Source of the DNA: Crocinitomicaceae bacterium
GTDB lineage: Bacteria > Bacteroidota > Bacteroidia > Flavobacteriales_D > Crocinitomicaceae
DNA: 64,000 bases
Direction of reading: 5' to 3'
NCBI GenBank assembly: GCA_040880585.1
Contig: JBBDID010000061.1
Span: forward strand, 95-64,094
Positions within the stretch are counted from its first letter, which is position 1. Each line of letters starts with the position of its first letter. Under the pieces are notes generated by a model. The model did no database searches. It saw only the letters and a list, made by a program, of their open reading frames with translations, and had not been told where the DNA came from. A program made the position numbers and the translations under genes. Shown here piece by piece: positions 61,988 to 64,000 of the stretch.

Positions 61988-64000
61988 CGAGGGCTATGCT
62001 GATTTTTGAGTAGGAAAGTTCCCCTTCCAATGCATCATGGATAGGTTTTAATTCATGTGTTTGACCAATTTTAGCGCGTACTTTTTTAACCTCTTGCAAT
62101 TCATATTCGCTGATAAAGCGAAACATATCTATTGGAGTTCCGTCTTCAAAAAGTTTGACCAAATGGTTGATAATAGTCGGTTCTTTCAATTTCCGTTTCT
62201 CTGCTATTTTAGAAATATCCAAACCTGCTTGATAGAGTTGGTAAGTGGTTTCATAAGTGGATAGGTGAGAGGGACGTCCTTCTGTTAACACGATTTCAAT
62301 GATGTCTTTTCCAAAGCGGTCAATCTTTACTTTACCAAAACCGGAGATTTCTTTCAGGTCTTTAGGGGAGGTAGGCAACGCTTTAGCGATTTCAATCAAG
62401 GAAGAATCATGCAGGATGACATAAGCAGGAACATGATTCGCTTTTGCGATAGCTAATCGCCAGGATTTTAAGGCGGTTAAAAGTGTATCATTGGTGGTGC
62501 CCTCTACACTTTTCTTTTTAGATTTTTTGAGTTTTTTATCTTGAAATTCAGTTAAATAAAAGGATTCCTGATTCGATAAGATAGCCTGCCCGATTTCAGT
62601 CACTTTTAATTTCATGTGGTCGTCATAGGCAATTTCAAATAATCCCTGATTGATCATTTGGTTGACATAATGTTGCCATTGCTTAAAACTATGATCAGCA
62701 CCCGCTCCGTACGTTTTTATTTTATGCAGTGAGCGATCCATAATATCCATAGTTTTTGCACCACGCAGCACATTGATCAGTAGATTCATTCCCATTGATT
62801 CTTTAGATCTCAGAGATGCAGACATAGCCTTTTGAGCCAGAACTTTACCATCAAAAAAAGCAGGAGGGCCCTGACAAACGTCACAATTACCGCAATCTTT
62901 TGTGAGGTGTTCACCGAAATAGGCGAGTAGTATTTTCCTTCTACAGGAGGTAGCTTCCGCATATTTCAACATGCGGTTGATCTTTTCATGGTAAACCTCT
63001 TTGTACTCACTATCTTTTACAAAATCATTGAGCAAAACGACATCCCTGTAATTGTAATACAAAATGGTGTCACTAGCTATCCCATCCCGTCCCGCACGTC
63101 CAATTTCCTGATAATATCCCTCAATGTTTTTGGGAAGATTATTGTGAATGACCCACCGAATGTTAGATTTGTCAATCCCCATTCCAAAAGCTATAGTAGC
63201 ACAAATGACGTTAAATTGATCGTTGATGAATCCATCCTGAATGGCATCCCTATCTTCAGAAGACAATCCTGCATGATAATATCTGGAAGAAATGCCATTT
63301 GAATTGAGAAAATTAGACCAGCTTTCAGTTTCTTTTCTGCTTAAACAATAAATAATTCCGGCTTCATTCTCTCTGGAGCGAATAAAGTGGGTGATTTCTT
63401 TCTCCTTATCTTTTTTTGGCACTTGTGATCTGACAGACAGGGATAGGTTGGGGCGATCAAAAGAAGAAATGAAGGTGGACGGTTTTTGGAGGGATAATTT
63501 TTTTGTAATATCCAAACGGGTGATTTTATCTGCCGTAGCCGTAAAAGCCAGAAAAGGTACGTTGGGAAAATGTTCTCGCAATTGCCCGATTTGCTGATAT
63601 TCAGGACGAAAATCATGCCCCCACATAGAGACACAGTGAGCTTCATCTATTGCCACCATTGAAACCGGAACAGAACGGATCCAATCCATCCCTGCTACAA
63701 GCGTTTCAGGCGACATATACAGCAATTTCAGTTCATTTTTCAGTGCCTTAGCTCGAATTTCTTTTCTCGCAGCCTCATTCATTGAACTGTTATAAAAAGC
63801 CGTTTCTACACCATTTGCTTTTAAAGCGTCCACCTGGTCTTTCATTAAGGAGATTAATGGAGAGATCACCAATGTTGTATTGGGTTTTAGAATAGCAGGA
63901 ATCTGAAAACAAATGGATTTTCCACCCCCGGTAGGCATAATGGCTAAACCATCCTGTCCGGCAAGAGCATGTTCAATAACCTCCTGCTGATTAAGGCGAA
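61965..64000 (-). CDS. recQ: ATP-dependent DNA helicase RecQ (5' end lies beyond the window)
   Basis: MPTGGGKS, DEAHCVSMWGHDFRPEY, TATA and the Zn-binding CRR...CGNCDVC motif, plus RQC and HRDC-like regions. The reading frame stays open through 64000 (…QQEVIEHALAGQDGLAIMPTGGGKS). Confidence 0.9.
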   Translation of the reverse strand, partial: RLNQQEVIEHALAGQDGLAIMPTGGGKSICFQIPAILKPNTTLVISPLISLMKDQVDALKANGVETAFYNSSMNEAARKEIRAKALKNELKLLYMSPETLVAGMDWIRSVPVSMVAIDEAHCVSMWGHDFRPEYQQIGQLREHFPNVPFLAFTATADKITRLDITKKLSLQKPSTFISSFDRPNLSLSVRSQVPKKDKEKEITHFIRSRENEAGIIYCLSRKETESWSNFLNSNGISSRYYHAGLSSEDRDAIQDGFINDQFNVICATIAFGMGIDKSNIRWVIHNNLPKNIEGYYQEIGRAGRDGIASDTILYYNYRDVVLLNDFVKDSEYKEVYHEKINRMLKYAEATSCRRKILLAYFGEHLTKDCGNCDVCQGPPAFFDGKVLAQKAMSASLRSKESMGMNLLINVLRGAKTMDIMDRSLHKIKTYGAGADHSFKQWQHYVNQMINQGLFEIAYDDHMKLKVTEIGQAILSNQESFYLTEFQDKKLKKSKKKSVEGTTNDTLLTALKSWRLAIAKANHVPAYVILHDSSLIEIAKALPTSPKDLKEISGFGKVKIDRFGKDIIEIVLTEGRPSHLSTYETTYQLYQAGLDISKIAEKRKLKEPTIINHLVKLFEDGTPIDMFRFISEYELQEVKKVRAKIGQTHELKPIHDALEGELSYSKISIALAILNRHF

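Overview
This is a low-GC, gene-dense chromosomal segment that looks like Bacteroidota (Flavobacteriia/Cytophagia-like). The evidence is T9SS C-terminal sorting domains, a GWxTD protein, many lipoproteins, TAnnTTTG-type -7 boxes and no Shine-Dalgarno spacing. All function calls come from motif recognition by eye; no search was run. Most of the window is housekeeping or envelope biology: panB, RluA-type pseudouridine synthase, trxA, pcm, ispE, accA, recQ (partial), a DEAD-box helicase, LptD-like, MlaD-like, PqiA-like and AsmA-like proteins, an Amidase_3-SPOR amidase, tRNA-Ser(UGA) and tRNA-Pro(UGG). I saw no CRISPR array, transposase, integrase or phage gene. I cannot point to one clearly novel multi-gene system. 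The best candidates for follow-up are: (1) a solitary AAA+/wHTH/DUF4143 ATPase with a nuclease-like tail, in an AT-rich islet with 22-bp-phased upstream repeats; (2) two paralogous lipoprotein-anchored propeller-TM-PP2C/SpoIIE sensor phosphatases, one carrying a near-identical 90-nt in-frame Cys-containing cassette in two blades; (3) a coiled-coil/class III cyclase/HD fusion whose first metal-binding Asp appears replaced; (4) an exported metallothionein-like Cys/Lys-rich lipoprotein; (5) two structured non-coding elements, a 160-bp tandem repeat and a ~168-nt nested palindrome; (6) a tricorn-like protease co-oriented with an LRR lipoprotein.
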